DNA from: Vicinamibacterales bacterium
GTDB taxonomy: Bacteria; Acidobacteriota; Vicinamibacteria; Vicinamibacterales; UBA8438
NCBI GenBank assembly: GCA_965247955.1
Contig: OZ252042.1
Coordinates: 1,584,323 to 1,648,322 of the forward strand
Direction of reading: 5' to 3'
DNA length: 64,000 nucleotides
Shown piece after piece: positions 9,041 through 19,372 of this stretch. Positions within the stretch are counted from its first letter, which is position 1. Each line of letters starts with the position of its first letter. The position numbers were made by a program, and so were the translations under genes. Under the pieces are notes generated by a model. It saw only the letters and a list, made by a program, of their open reading frames with translations, did not search any database and was not told where the DNA came from.

Positions 9041-11740
9041 TCAATCCTGTTCCTCTTGCATTTGTTCCAACACTTTGCCGAGTCGGTCGATTTGCTCACC
9101 GTACCTGGTCCAATTGCCCTCCCGTTGTGCCTCGAGGGCCAGAGCGTAGTGCTGCTGGGCCTGCAGCGCAAGCGTGTCCGCCATAGAGACACTCGCAGGT
9201 GTCGCTGTTTTGGTCTGGGTGAGATTAGCCACGAACGTTACTGGCGATGACGGGGTTCTGACGGGCGCCGATCCGAAGATGCGGTTCAGGGCATTATCCA
9301 GCGTTTCCTCCATTACGATCTGATTCTGGTAAGCGACGATGACCCGTTTGAGTTCCGGGATGCGTCCCCCGGACGCTCGCAAATAGAGCGGGCGGATATA
9401 GAGCAGCGATTCTTCGATCGGGATGACAAGTAACGTTCCCTGGATCACCTCAGATCCCTGTTGGTTCCAAAGGGTGAGTTGAGGGGAGATCTCCTGATCC
9501 TGGTTGATCCGGGCCACGATTTGTGAAGGCCCGAACACAACCTTCTGCTTGGGGAATTTGTAGACGAGCATCTTGCCGTAGTGCTCGCCGTCGCTGCGAG
9601 CCACCATCCACGCTGCCAGGTTGTTCTTGCCACGCGGCGTAAATGGAAGCATCTGGATGAACTCGGCTCGTTCCTCCGTTGGTAGCTTCATGATCGTGTA
9701 GTACGGCTCCATCTGCTCGTTATCGATCACCGGAACCTCCCACTCGTCTTCCCGGTTGTAGAAGACCGAAGGGTTGGTCATGTGAAAGATGGAGTACATG
9801 GATGTTTGAAGCTTAAAGATCCCTTCTGGGTATCGAAGATGACTCTGAAGTGCTACCGGCATTTCATCTAGCGGCTGCAGAAAATCTGGAAACACTTTAT
9901 CGAGCGTTAAGGCAATCGGATCATCCATCTCAGCCAGGTAGAAGGTCGTAGTCCCGTTGTAGGCATCAATCACAACTTTCACCGAGTTGCGAATGTAGTT
10001 AATTCCTTCGCTGACTGGTGTCGAGTACGGATAGGAACCGGTCGCCGTGTATGCGTCTCGGATCCAGAAAAGGCGGCCGTCCGCGATCACTAGATAGGGA
10101 TCAGAGTCGTACCGTAGAAACGGAGCAATTGTCGTCACTCGATCTGAAATGTTCCGATGGAACAGCAGCACGCTATTCGCGCTTACCTGGTTGCTGACGA
10201 AAATTTCGTAAGAGCGGAAACGCAAACTGAAGAACAGCCGTCTGAAGAAACCGCCGATCTGGAGACCGCCGGTACCATCGTAACGCGTCGAAACATTATC
10301 TTCGCCCTCCGGGTAATGGAACTCATCAGTGCGGGTGTTGACGATCACGTAATCGTTCGAGAGCTCACCGAAGTAGATACTCGGCTGGGTAAGCACGAGG
10401 TCGGTTTCCGACCGCGGCGGTATATCCTTAACGAAGAGCACCGGAAGCCCTTCCGGTGTCACCTGGTTTACAGGTCCAAGCGCGACGCCGAATCCGTGCG
10501 TGTATTGCAATCGTTCATTTATCCACGATCGGTTGGGTAAACTGTTGGAGTTGAGTTCACGACTCGACATCATCGTCTGGCGATACTCTCCGTCCACGAC
10601 ATAGCGGTCGTTGTCGACCGACGCGAACTCGTAGTACGTGCGGATTTCCTGAATTTGCCCGAACGTGTCGAGTAACGGGAGGTGATCCCAGAGCCTGACG
10701 TTGTTGAGGGTTTCGCTGTTTTTCTTGATATCGTCGAGTGTTAGCAAAGCGTCGCCAGATACTTCCCGCTCTTCGATCTGCTCGAGATCGAACGCTAACC
10801 GCGTGGCGGCGATGTTGTTGGCGATATAGGGTGCCTCCTTTGATTGCTCGTCTGGCGTTACCACAAGTTGTTGAAGGAGCACCACTACACCACCCCCGCC
10901 GATCCAGACGAGCAAATACCCGGCGATTGCCAAGGGCATCGGCCAGAGGGCAGAAACAAACGCTGCGTATGTGGCCGCGCCCGCAGCAAGGATCGAGATC
11001 AACATCAGGATGCGAAGAAATGGAAGGCGTGCCATCACATCCACATACGACGCGCCGTGAAAGATTCCAGCTGGCGACATTAAGGTGCGTGGCATATCGA
11101 GAAACGCACTCCAGGCTAGGAGTAGGAAGCCACAGGCTACAAGTAGCGCCAGATGCCGGCGCGGCCGTTCGGTTATCTCCAGCTTCTCAGGATTCAGATT
11201 CACTTGGCCGCTGATTAAATATGCGACGGTCGACCCAATGAATGAGAGTAAGACCATGCCCAGCAGGATGTACCGTGCAAAATCGAGAAATGGTAGTGTG
11301 AAGATGTAAAATGCCGCGTCCCGTCCGAAGAGCGCGTCAGCTTCACCAAAGGGAGTCGCCTGCAGGTACTGTAAAAACACCAGCCATTGGCTCGATGCGA
11401 TGCGGGCCATGAAAAGCGACAGCAGCGCCGAGATCCCAATTGTCAGCAACCCCAGGTGTCGCTTTTCGAGCACGAGGGGTTGGAGGTCACCGCCGCCAGG
11501 AAACACGGTGTACGGACAGTGTAGGCCGCGAAGTGCAAGTCGGAAGTTCGTGAACAAAAAGCCGAAAACCCCGGCGAAAATTACGATACCGAGCAGGCCT
11601 TTAGTCGCGAGGCTCTTCAGAAAGATAGACTGATAGCCGGTTGCGCCGAACCAGAGCCACTCGGTGTAGAGATTGGCAACGTTGGGCAGCACGACCAACA
11701 GTAAGAGCGCAATCAGCGCAAGCGTAATTTTGGTGGTCAT
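9041..11740 (-). CDS. UPF0182-family large membrane protein
   Basis: 899 aa. The N-terminus has LYTEWLWFGATGY and about 7 TM helices, followed by a large soluble domain, as in the UPF0182 family. Confidence 0.8.
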   Translation of the reverse strand: MTTKITLALIALLLLVVLPNVANLYTEWLWFGATGYQSIFLKSLATKGLLGIVIFAGVFGFLFTNFRLALRGLHCPYTVFPGGGDLQPLVLEKRHLGLLTIGISALLSLFMARIASSQWLVFLQYLQATPFGEADALFGRDAAFYIFTLPFLDFARYILLGMVLLSFIGSTVAYLISGQVNLNPEKLEITERPRRHLALLVACGFLLLAWSAFLDMPRTLMSPAGIFHGASYVDVMARLPFLRILMLISILAAGAATYAAFVSALWPMPLAIAGYLLVWIGGGGVVVLLQQLVVTPDEQSKEAPYIANNIAATRLAFDLEQIEEREVSGDALLTLDDIKKNSETLNNVRLWDHLPLLDTFGQIQEIRTYYEFASVDNDRYVVDGEYRQTMMSSRELNSNSLPNRSWINERLQYTHGFGVALGPVNQVTPEGLPVLFVKDIPPRSETDLVLTQPSIYFGELSNDYVIVNTRTDEFHYPEGEDNVSTRYDGTGGLQIGGFFRRLFFSLRFRSYEIFVSNQVSANSVLLFHRNISDRVTTIAPFLRYDSDPYLVIADGRLFWIRDAYTATGSYPYSTPVSEGINYIRNSVKVVIDAYNGTTTFYLAEMDDPIALTLDKVFPDFLQPLDEMPVALQSHLRYPEGIFKLQTSMYSIFHMTNPSVFYNREDEWEVPVIDNEQMEPYYTIMKLPTEERAEFIQMLPFTPRGKNNLAAWMVARSDGEHYGKMLVYKFPKQKVVFGPSQIVARINQDQEISPQLTLWNQQGSEVIQGTLLVIPIEESLLYIRPLYLRASGGRIPELKRVIVAYQNQIVMEETLDNALNRIFGSAPVRTPSSPVTFVANLTQTKTATPASVSMADTLALQAQQHYALALEAQREGNWTRYGEQIDRLGKVLEQMQEEQD

Positions 11741-11881
11741 CGGACGCCTCGCTCCTTCTCCCCTAAGGGGCCGGAGATCCTCGCGAAACCGGCAACCGGT
11801 CTCGCCACTCCTGGAAGGTTATGTGAGCCCGGTGACGAGTGCAACCGACAAACGGGAAACTAGGGTCCTACGCAAAGGAAT

Positions 11882-13195
11882 ATGGAGCTCACGCGCCGTT
11901 CGTTTCTCGCAGCCTGCCTCGCTGCCGAAGGGGCCCGGACATTCGCCCAATCATCCGTGGGCGGACCCAACGCTGCCTGGGAAGCCCTAACAGCACCCTT
12001 AACTGAGCCGGGAAGCGCCGTTGCTCCCCAGGGCTTTCCATGGAATGAGATAGGGCAGTTGCTCAGGGCACGCTACCGCGACCTTAGACGGCATTTCGTC
12101 TTCGAATACTACCCGTGGTACGGCAACGACCCGTTCCGGCACTGGCAGCAGTGGGACCGCGAACCACCAGTCGATATCGCCGCGAGCTCGGTTCCGCTGC
12201 TGGGTCCCTATGATTCCCGCGCTACCGCGGTCATCGAGCAGCACGCGCGCTGGATCGCCGACGCAGGTGTTGGGGTTGTCAACTTGAGTTGGTGGGGTCG
12301 CGGAAGTTTCAGCGACCAGACGACCTCACTGGTCATGGACGTCATGAGTGCACACGATATCCACGTTGCGTTTCATTTGGAACCGTACGGGCCGCAGCGT
12401 GTCGAGCGCTTGACGGAGGATCTCTCGTATCTCTTGACCGAGTTTGGCGAGAAGCGTCGATGGGATTGCTTCTTTTTCCACGAGCGTGCCGATAGATCGC
12501 AGGGACCGGTGTTTAAGCTGTTCCGCACGACCTTGCCGGAACAAATCATCGATTGCCATGGCGAGCGACAGGACATTGCTGACTACACGCCGGACAGTGC
12601 CTGGCGACGAGCGACCGATGCTGCCCGGACAGCGTTCGATGGCACCTTCGACCACCTGACTCTGCTCTCAGACACTTGGGATGCGGCACGAGTCGCGGCA
12701 GCAGGCCTCGACGGTATCGCAATTTACGATCCGGTCATCGAGCGGGAGGAGTGGCTCGACCACGCACTCACTGCCTCACGTCTCGGCTTGGTATATTCCT
12801 TCAACACTAATCCAGGGCTGGACGAAATTGGCAGGCGTGGACTTCCTCCTGACTCCTGTCTTGTGCCGAGGCCTTTCTTGCCGACCGCACCAGATCTGGC
12901 GTGGACCAAGTTCGAAGATCGGGAGCGTTCCAAATTTCTCAGTGAGGCACGTATCCGCGAGACTCTCGAATGGTCCCTGCTACTTCAGATACACCCGTGG
13001 CTCGGGAATGCCAAACACGGCTTCTTCCTTATCTACATCACGTCGTTCAATGAATGGCACGAAGGCCATCAGTTCGAGCCGATGAAGTCGTATGCGGTGC
13101 TCACGCCGGAAGAGCTGGTCCACAACTACCACAATCCGAACGACGGTTTCTACCGACTCGATCAGCTGACCGATCTATTGCGACGTTTACAGTAG
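11882..13195 (+). CDS. GH99-like glycoside hydrolase (endo-alpha-mannosidase-like) with twin-arginine signal
   Basis: It has a TRRSFL TAT motif. FEYYPWYGN, VNLSWWGRG and ITSFNEWHEGHQFEP resemble GH99 signature blocks. Confidence 0.65.
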   Translation: MELTRRSFLAACLAAEGARTFAQSSVGGPNAAWEALTAPLTEPGSAVAPQGFPWNEIGQLLRARYRDLRRHFVFEYYPWYGNDPFRHWQQWDREPPVDIAASSVPLLGPYDSRATAVIEQHARWIADAGVGVVNLSWWGRGSFSDQTTSLVMDVMSAHDIHVAFHLEPYGPQRVERLTEDLSYLLTEFGEKRRWDCFFFHERADRSQGPVFKLFRTTLPEQIIDCHGERQDIADYTPDSAWRRATDAARTAFDGTFDHLTLLSDTWDAARVAAAGLDGIAIYDPVIEREEWLDHALTASRLGLVYSFNTNPGLDEIGRRGLPPDSCLVPRPFLPTAPDLAWTKFEDRERSKFLSEARIRETLEWSLLLQIHPWLGNAKHGFFLIYITSFNEWHEGHQFEPMKSYAVLTPEELVHNYHNPNDGFYRLDQLTDLLRRLQ

Positions 13196-13199
13196 TGAG

Positions 13200-13829
13200 C
13201 TAGCGGTGCCCAAAACCGTAAGCTCCACCAGCGAGAAATCGAACGTGATCGAAGGCATTCGGTGCAAACACTCGCCGGTAGTCGAGTGCCACTCGGGCGG
13301 ACAAATTCCTGCCTAGCCACACATCGACACCACCACCCACCTGTAGGACCATATGTGTTTCTTTGAATTCTCCAGTGCTCGGAAAGAGGAACACGGTCGC
13401 CACGCGCGTGATGATCCGCTCGGTGCCCACTAAGATCTGCGTGAATGGGCGTAGTTGCCGCTTCGGTAAGGCGAGCTTAGCGCCGCCTAGGACGGCCATG
13501 AAGTTGGCTTCGACTTGCAGCAGAACGTTTGGGTCAGGAAAACGAATCTCGCTATCAAGGAAGCCAATGGCTTGGTAAGTGTTGTTTCCGCCAGCTTCAC
13601 CGGCGAGCGCGAGCCAGTCGTTGAGCGCCCATGCCGTCGAACCAAACCAACCACTCCCAAACATGTCACTGAGCGATCCACCGCTTAAGGAGGTGTAACC
13701 ACCAGCCACCTCGACGACTGGGGCACCCTGGGCCACGGCGGGTGCCGGTTTGGCGACAAGCACTATGCTGATCAAACAGGCTGATACCCACCAGGCACCG
13801 CCGACGGGATGAAGCATGGTTAAGGGCAT
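13200..13829 (-). CDS. outer-membrane beta-barrel protein (porin-family small OMP)
   Basis: It has a signal peptide ending AVAQG and an alternating hydrophobic beta-strand pattern that is Gly/aromatic-rich. Confidence 0.65.
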   Translation of the reverse strand: MPLTMLHPVGGAWWVSACLISIVLVAKPAPAVAQGAPVVEVAGGYTSLSGGSLSDMFGSGWFGSTAWALNDWLALAGEAGGNNTYQAIGFLDSEIRFPDPNVLLQVEANFMAVLGGAKLALPKRQLRPFTQILVGTERIITRVATVFLFPSTGEFKETHMVLQVGGGVDVWLGRNLSARVALDYRRVFAPNAFDHVRFLAGGAYGFGHR

Positions 13830-13940
13830 AGTAGACCGGGTCTTTCACGATCGGCAATAATTGAGAGGAAGGCGCGACCGACGTGGGCAATAGCGTGGAT
13901 CTTTGGCCTAGCTGCCGAAGGAATAGTTTAAAGCCTGGGA

Positions 13941-14171
13941 GTTCGCGGTTCGCCAATCCATCTTTCTATCTCATGATTTCTAGGCAGGTCGTTATAGCTC
14001 GCGAACTGTCCGGATAATTTACAATCGAGCGGCGCTGATGATTTGGAAGATACTTTCGAAGAAATCGATCGAGACTGCATAGGTGATTCTCTGCACGACT
14101 AACGTGTGAGTTATCGCGAACGCTCCTAGAATTTTTGATAGACCAGTATCCGAATTTAGCGAAACGCGAAC
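13941..14171. promoter_or_regulatory. cluster of four CGCGAAC motifs in a 375-bp AT-rich spacer
   Basis: The copies are GTTCGCG at 13941-13947 (inverted), TCGCGAAC at 13999-14006, TCGCGAAC at 14114-14121 and ACGCGAAC at 14164-14171. The outer pair shares GCGAA-N-CGCGAACTC. Confidence 0.3.
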
Positions 14172-14219
14172 TCTGTTACGGCTAGACAAACATCACGCAA
14201 AGGAGTGGATCGGGTAGTG

Positions 14220-14651
14220 ATGACTAGGAAATATCAACAGCGTGGTTATCAAGACGCCGACCGCGCGCCAGAGGGGAAGCGTCAACCAAGTGACGAAAAG
14301 CGCGAGCGTGGTCCAAGACGCGGGTACGGCCCGCGCGAACCGCGCAAGGTTAACATGCCTGGCTTCCGCGACGTGCTGAGATGTGCGCGTTGCGGGACGA
14401 TGATTGGCTTACCCATCCTGTTTGACACCCAGTGCCCCAAGTGTGTGAGCGATCTCCATAGTTGCGCCCAATGCACGTGGTTCGACACCGGAAGCCGATT
14501 CGAGTGCACTCAGCCAATTCCTGAACGCGTCCTACCGAAAGACTCTCGTAATACCTGCACCTCCTTTGAAGCACGCGTTACCGTCGAACGGGAGACCCAC
14601 TCAGCCGGCCCGCGAAACGCGCGGGAGGCATTTGATGACCTATTTAAATAA
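14220..14651 (+). CDS. Cys-rich zinc-ribbon protein with basic N-terminal tail
   Basis: It has CARCG..CPKC..CAQC cysteine pairs and an Arg/Lys/Glu-rich N-terminus. The start could be GTG 14205, GTG 14217 or ATG 14220. Confidence 0.65.
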   Translation: MTRKYQQRGYQDADRAPEGKRQPSDEKRERGPRRGYGPREPRKVNMPGFRDVLRCARCGTMIGLPILFDTQCPKCVSDLHSCAQCTWFDTGSRFECTQPIPERVLPKDSRNTCTSFEARVTVERETHSAGPRNAREAFDDLFK

Positions 14652-14714
14652 GGACACAACAGGTAGGAATTAGGAGGCCTTCCACCTCAGATTTCCGCCC
14701 TCAGAGAATTCTTG

Positions 14715-15340
14715 ATGGGTACTCCAGACGACATTGCTGCTCAACTAGCCGCGTTATCAGCTCCGGTGCGACTCGTTTTCTTCACCCAGACGTTCGGCTG
14801 CAACACTTGTTTGACGGCACGTCAGGTCGTAGATCAGATCGCAAGTCTTTCAGAGCAGATCACAGTCGAGGAACACAACATCGTCCTCGACAAGGAAAAG
14901 GTCTCGGAGTACGGCATTGAACGTGTGCCGACCCTCGCCATTGTAGGAGAGCACGACCCCGGCATTTGCTACTGTGGCGTGCCCGCCGGTTACGAACTGG
15001 CGTCGATCGTCGACGCGATTATGCTGGTGGCTCGCGGAGAGGCAGGGTTGACCAAGGAGAGTCTGGCCTCGCTGGCAGCCCTCGACCGGCAGGTCGAGGG
15101 CAAGGTCTTTGTCACCCCGACCTGAACGTTTTGTCCCCAGGGGTCAGTCTGGCTTATCGGCTCGCGGCCGCAAGTCCTTTGGTTCGCGCGACAGTGATCG
15201 AAGCCACGGAGTTTCCGGACCTCGTCCAACGCTACAAGGTCACCGGCGTTCCAAAGACCGTCGTCGATGACCAGGTCGAGATTCTTGGAGCACAGCCCGA
15301 AGAGGTCTTCGTGCAGCAGGCTTTGCAGACGGCCGAATGA
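14715..15340 (+). CDS. glutaredoxin-like protein disulfide oxidoreductase (two thioredoxin-fold units); second active site reads TGA-T-F-C and a 1-nt frame change follows
   Basis: Unit 1 has FGCNTC. Unit 2 reads KVFVTPT-TGA(15123-15125)-TFCPQ, then continues in the other frame as VSLAYRLAAASP..IEATEFPDLVQRYKVTGVPKTVV. The frame change lies in the CCCCAGGGG run at 15135-15143. Confidence 0.6.
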
Positions 15341-15586
15341 GACTATCGTCCCGGAGCAGGGTGCCCGCACGCCCGATCGTTTTGGCCGCTCTGCTGTCTG
15401 TGCCTGGTACCCTTACGGTAGGCTGACCTTGGTGCACTGGTCGGGCACTGACTATTCGTCGGATAGTTACACGGTTTCCCGTGTCCGGCTCGTGACCATG
15501 GAATCAACAGCCGGTCCCTTCACGCCTGTACAACGAGCTTTCCCCCAGCATTGTCTAGGGAGCAAGCAGTAGGAGAGATGCTTCTT

Positions 15587-16321
15587 TTAGAATCTTGCCA
15601 CCACTGCAGCCGACACCTTGACGTCGGTTTTCTCAAATCCAGGTACTGGGTCGTTCAGGAACGAGACCTGGTACGACAATTTCAAGGATAGAAGGTTGTT
15701 AAGTCCTGCTAAGAGTGAGAAGTCATTCATCAAGCGCCAATATTTTTGATCACGGACGCCCACGGTCGTCGACAGGTCGTTGGTGAGCGCGCTGTTATCG
15801 GAAAAAGCCCAGGCGTAGGTGGCTGAGACGTTGGCGGTCGACAGGCTGCGATTCTCGGTGGTCGCCCTGAACTCCAGCGTTCCGCCGATTCCACCTCGTG
15901 CTGTGAGGATGTGAGACCCTTCAGGGATTGCACTGTACGAGATTCCCCCCTCCACGGCGTACCGACCATCGATGCCGGCGAACCGATCGCTCAGATACTC
16001 TCCCTTGGTATACACGCCGAATCGCTCGTGTAGGGCTCGGGTCCCTCGGAACTTGGCGTCGAGCGATCGGGCATTGATAGCATCGTCGGCTTCGCTACGG
16101 ATGAACGACACTCTAATTTCGGTCAGCCACAGCCTGGGAGCGTAGTCGAAGCGTGCTCCTAGGCCCAAAGTCTTCGTATTGGAGTTCCCAGATGTTCCGA
16201 CGAATGACACCTCAACCTCTCCCGACCACGTCCGTCCCTCCTCCTCCTGCGCATATACGAGGCACGGGACCAGCTTGAGGATTAAGGTGGTGACCAGCAA
16301 AATTAAGTAGGTGCGTGGCAT
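15587..16321 (-). CDS. DUF481-family outer-membrane protein (YdiY-like)
   Basis: It has a signal peptide, then W.GEVEVSFVGTSGNSNT and a beta-barrel repeat pattern ending in F. Confidence 0.7.
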   Translation of the reverse strand: MPRTYLILLVTTLILKLVPCLVYAQEEEGRTWSGEVEVSFVGTSGNSNTKTLGLGARFDYAPRLWLTEIRVSFIRSEADDAINARSLDAKFRGTRALHERFGVYTKGEYLSDRFAGIDGRYAVEGGISYSAIPEGSHILTARGGIGGTLEFRATTENRSLSTANVSATYAWAFSDNSALTNDLSTTVGVRDQKYWRLMNDFSLLAGLNNLLSLKLSYQVSFLNDPVPGFEKTDVKVSAAVVARF

Positions 16322-16350
16322 AGACTGATCATTGGAGGATTCTGTCGTGC

Positions 16351-18840
16351 ATGGCGATTATTGATGGTCGATACGACTATGATCATTCTAGAAGCATGAA
16401 GGTCGAAACACGCGATCCCGTCTGCGGGATGGAGGTTAATTCCGAGACAGCCAAGCACGCCTACGATTACCAGGGGACCCAGTATCTCTTCTGTTGCGAA
16501 GGGTGCAAGACGGCATTTGCGCATGACCCCGATCGATTTCTCGGCGGCAAACCGGTGTCTGCATGCCACCACCATACGCCAGCTCGTAGTTTTAAGTCTC
16601 CAGACCTCGCGGGGACCACCTATGTGTGCCCCATGTGTCCAGACGTGCGCGAGACCGAACCGGTCCCGTGTCCCAGTTGTGGAATGACGCTCGAACCAGC
16701 CGTTACCGCCGACGCGGTGACGGATATCGAATACACCTGCCCGATGCACCTGGAGATCGTCAAGGTCGAAGCTGGTGCCTGTCCGGTCTGTGGGATGGTA
16801 CTCGAGCCCCGCAGGGTGGGGTTGCAAGAAGCACCAAACCCGGAGCTGACTGACATGACGCGGAGGTTCTGGATCGGTGCAGGAATGGGGTTCCCAGTGT
16901 TCGTGCTAGCAATGGCCGAAATGGTGATCGGTAACCGCCTGAGCGATCTGATTCCCCACGTTACATCAAATTGGATCCAGCTCGTTTTCGTTACGCCGGT
17001 TGTGTTGTGGGCTGGCCGGCCGTTCTTCCAGCGCTGCTGGGCGTCGATTTTGAACCGCAGCCCAAACATGTTTACCTTGATCGGGCTCGGAGTCGGATCT
17101 GCTTATCTCTACAGCGTTGCTGCGACCATTGTTCCAGAGTTCTTTCCGGAAGGTTTTCGAAGTGGCGCCCATGTTGAGCCTTACTTCGACACGGCGGTCG
17201 TCGTCATCGTCCTCGTGCTTCTCGGGCAGGTGCTTGAGTTAAAGGCGCGTCACCGCACAGGAAAGGCGCTCCGTGAACTGTTGAGCCTCACGCCTGCAAT
17301 TGCGCATCGCCTGCACGAGGGCGACGAGAAGGATGTGACCCTCGACGAGATCCAGGTCGGCGATATTCTCCGCGTGCGACCGGGGGAACGGATCCCGACC
17401 GACGGGGTTGTCATCGATGGTCATAGCACGGTCGACGAATCGATGATCAGTGGCGAGTCGATTCCGGTGGAGAAGACCTCAGGCACGCAGGTGATTGGCG
17501 CGACTGTTAATGGCACCGGGAGTCTCACGATGCTGGCCGACCGGGTCGGCACGGAAACGCTGCTTGCACAGATCGTTCGGATGGTAAGCACGGCGCAACG
17601 AAGCCGCGCACCGATTCAAAGGCTTGCCGACCGATTAGCAAGGCATTTTGTGCCAGCTGTCGTATCGGTTGCGATCGTCGGATTCGTGGCGTGGAGTGTG
17701 TGGGGGCCTGAGCCTCGTTTAGCGCTGGCACTGACAAGCGCGGTAGCCGTGCTAATTATCGCCTGCCCGTGTGCCCTCGGGCTGGCGACACCAATGGCGA
17801 TCATGGTCGGCACCTGGCGCGGTGCAACGGCCGGTGTGCTCATCAAGAACGCCGAAGCACTCGAGACACTTGAGCGGGTAGACACACTCATCGTCGATAA
17901 GACGGGAACGCTAACCGAAGGCAAGCCGCGTGTCCAAACGGTGACCGCAATATCGGGTGTTCGGGAGGACGAGCTGGTCCGTCTAGCCGCTGGGTTGGAG
18001 CGGTTAAGTGAGCATCCGTTGGCGGATGCCATCGTTGAGGAGGCAGAGCGGCGTGGCTTATTGCTTCCCTCCGTCACCGGTTTCCAGTCGGAGACTGGCC
18101 GAGGTGTTACGGGGAGTGTCGATGGGAGACCTGTCGTCCTGGGGACCCGGAGTCTGGTTGAAGATTGCGGGTTCGACGTCTCGTCGCTGGCCGACCAGGC
18201 CGAGGCACTACGCCACCGTGGTGAGACGGTCATATTTGTGGCAATTGGTGGACGGACCGCTGGTCTGTTAGGGGTGGCCGATCCGATCAAAGATTCGACA
18301 CCAGAAGCTATCCGGCTCCTGCGTGCCGATGGGCTTCGGATCGTAATGGTCACCGGCGACAGCCGCCAGACGGCCGAAGCGGTGGCCGCCGGCGTAGGGC
18401 TCGACACTGGTGACATCATTGCAGAGGTGTTGCCGTCCGACAAACGGCGCCTCGTGGCGGAGTGTCAGGCGTCCGGTCAGGTAGTCGCGATGGCGGGTGA
18501 TGGAATCAACGACGCACCGGCTCTGGCCGAAGCGGCTGTTGGGATCGCTATGGGCACTGGAAGCGACGTTGCGATGGAGAGCGCCGGTATCACGTTGGTT
18601 AAGGGCGACCTGCGTGCGATTGTTCGCGCGCGCCGGCTGAGCCGTGCCACGATGCGGAACATCCGGCAGAACTTGTTTCTTGCCTTCGTCTACAACGCGC
18701 TCGGTGTGCCGGTGGCTGCCGGTCTCCTCTACCCCGTAATAGGGCTCATCATTAGTCCGATTTGGGCTAGTGCAGCGATGACGATGAGTTCACTTTCCGT
18801 TATTGGTAACGCTCTTCGTTTGCGGCGCGTCACCCTGTAG
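16351..18840 (+). CDS. copA: Cu(I)-translocating P1B-type ATPase with TRASH/YHS and two CPMH/CPxC metal-binding modules
   Basis: Motifs present are DKTGT, the CPC in TM6 ([13 protein letters not shown]), YN and MSS TM motifs, and GDGINDAP. The N-terminus has [29 protein letters not shown] and [14 protein letters not shown]. Confidence 0.9.
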   Translation: MAIIDGRYDYDHSRSMKVETRDPVCGMEVNSETAKHAYDYQGTQYLFCCEGCKTAFAHDPDRFLGGKPVSACHHHTPARSFKSPDLAGTTYVCPMCPDVRETEPVPCPSCGMTLEPAVTADAVTDIEYTCPMHLEIVKVEAGACPVCGMVLEPRRVGLQEAPNPELTDMTRRFWIGAGMGFPVFVLAMAEMVIGNRLSDLIPHVTSNWIQLVFVTPVVLWAGRPFFQRCWASILNRSPNMFTLIGLGVGSAYLYSVAATIVPEFFPEGFRSGAHVEPYFDTAVVVIVLVLLGQVLELKARHRTGKALRELLSLTPAIAHRLHEGDEKDVTLDEIQVGDILRVRPGERIPTDGVVIDGHSTVDESMISGESIPVEKTSGTQVIGATVNGTGSLTMLADRVGTETLLAQIVRMVSTAQRSRAPIQRLADRLARHFVPAVVSVAIVGFVAWSVWGPEPRLALALTSAVAVLIIACPCALGLATPMAIMVGTWRGATAGVLIKNAEALETLERVDTLIVDKTGTLTEGKPRVQTVTAISGVREDELVRLAAGLERLSEHPLADAIVEEAERRGLLLPSVTGFQSETGRGVTGSVDGRPVVLGTRSLVEDCGFDVSSLADQAEALRHRGETVIFVAIGGRTAGLLGVADPIKDSTPEAIRLLRADGLRIVMVTGDSRQTAEAVAAGVGLDTGDIIAEVLPSDKRRLVAECQASGQVVAMAGDGINDAPALAEAAVGIAMGTGSDVAMESAGITLVKGDLRAIVRARRLSRATMRNIRQNLFLAFVYNALGVPVAAGLLYPVIGLIISPIWASAAMTMSSLSVIGNALRLRRVTL

Positions 18841-19000
18841 TTCGACACTGTCCAAACAGTCGAGCAGTCCCAGGTCGGTCTGGTGGTTAACGGCGCAATG
18901 ATTTATTAGGACGTTCACTGGGTCGGTGTGGCAGCGGAGGTCGCGCGCACCACGTGTGTCCCTTACCGATTCGATACTATCTTGAGCACTCAGCAGGACA

Positions 19001-19372
19001 CTAATGCGGAGGCCTCCACACTTGGCGCTCCTCTGTTCGACGGAAGTTCCCGATGAACATAGAGACCATTCCGACGAGCAATGCCCCCAAGATTGCCCAA
19101 CCAAGACCACGGACCACGAACCCGGGCACTACCCATGCCGTGAGCGCAAAGGCTAGGCCGTTGACGACGAAGTAGAACAGGCCGAGCGTCACGAACGTTA
19201 TCGGTAGCGTCAGCACGACGAGAATTGGCTTAACGACTGTGTTGATTAACCGGAGCACGAGTGCAGCGACCAACAGGGCAGGCACGGAAGCTACTTCCAC
19301 GCCGGGCAGAACCCAGGCGGCAACACCAAGAGCTAGGGCAGTCGTGAGCCAATGGGCGAGGAAGCGATTCAT
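19001..19372 (-). CDS. DUF360 / phage-holin-4-family small membrane protein
   Basis: 123 aa with four hydrophobic helices, a LINTVVKPILVVLTLPITFVTLGLF core and VVNGLAFALTAW. Confidence 0.75.
   Translation of the reverse strand: MNRFLAHWLTTALALGVAAWVLPGVEVASVPALLVAALVLRLINTVVKPILVVLTLPITFVTLGLFYFVVNGLAFALTAWVVPGFVVRGLGWAILGALLVGMVSMFIGNFRRTEERQVWRPPH

Noticed and set aside
15126-15165. A bacterial SECIS element downstream of the TGA at 15123.
   Set aside because: Only a 4-bp stem (CCAG/CUGG) with a GG-starting loop fits the expected spacing. That is too weak to call a SECIS by eye, so it is kept as a hypothesis in the findings rather than as a feature.
17616-18443. 275-aa minus-strand ORF inside copA. 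Similar long antisense or off-frame ORFs occur at 3950-4477, 16303-16827, 40732-41352, 35648-36052 and 47161-47652.
   Set aside because: They lie fully inside strongly supported genes and have Arg/Ser/Pro/Ala-rich low-complexity translations typical of shadow ORFs in GC-rich DNA. They have no recognisable motifs.
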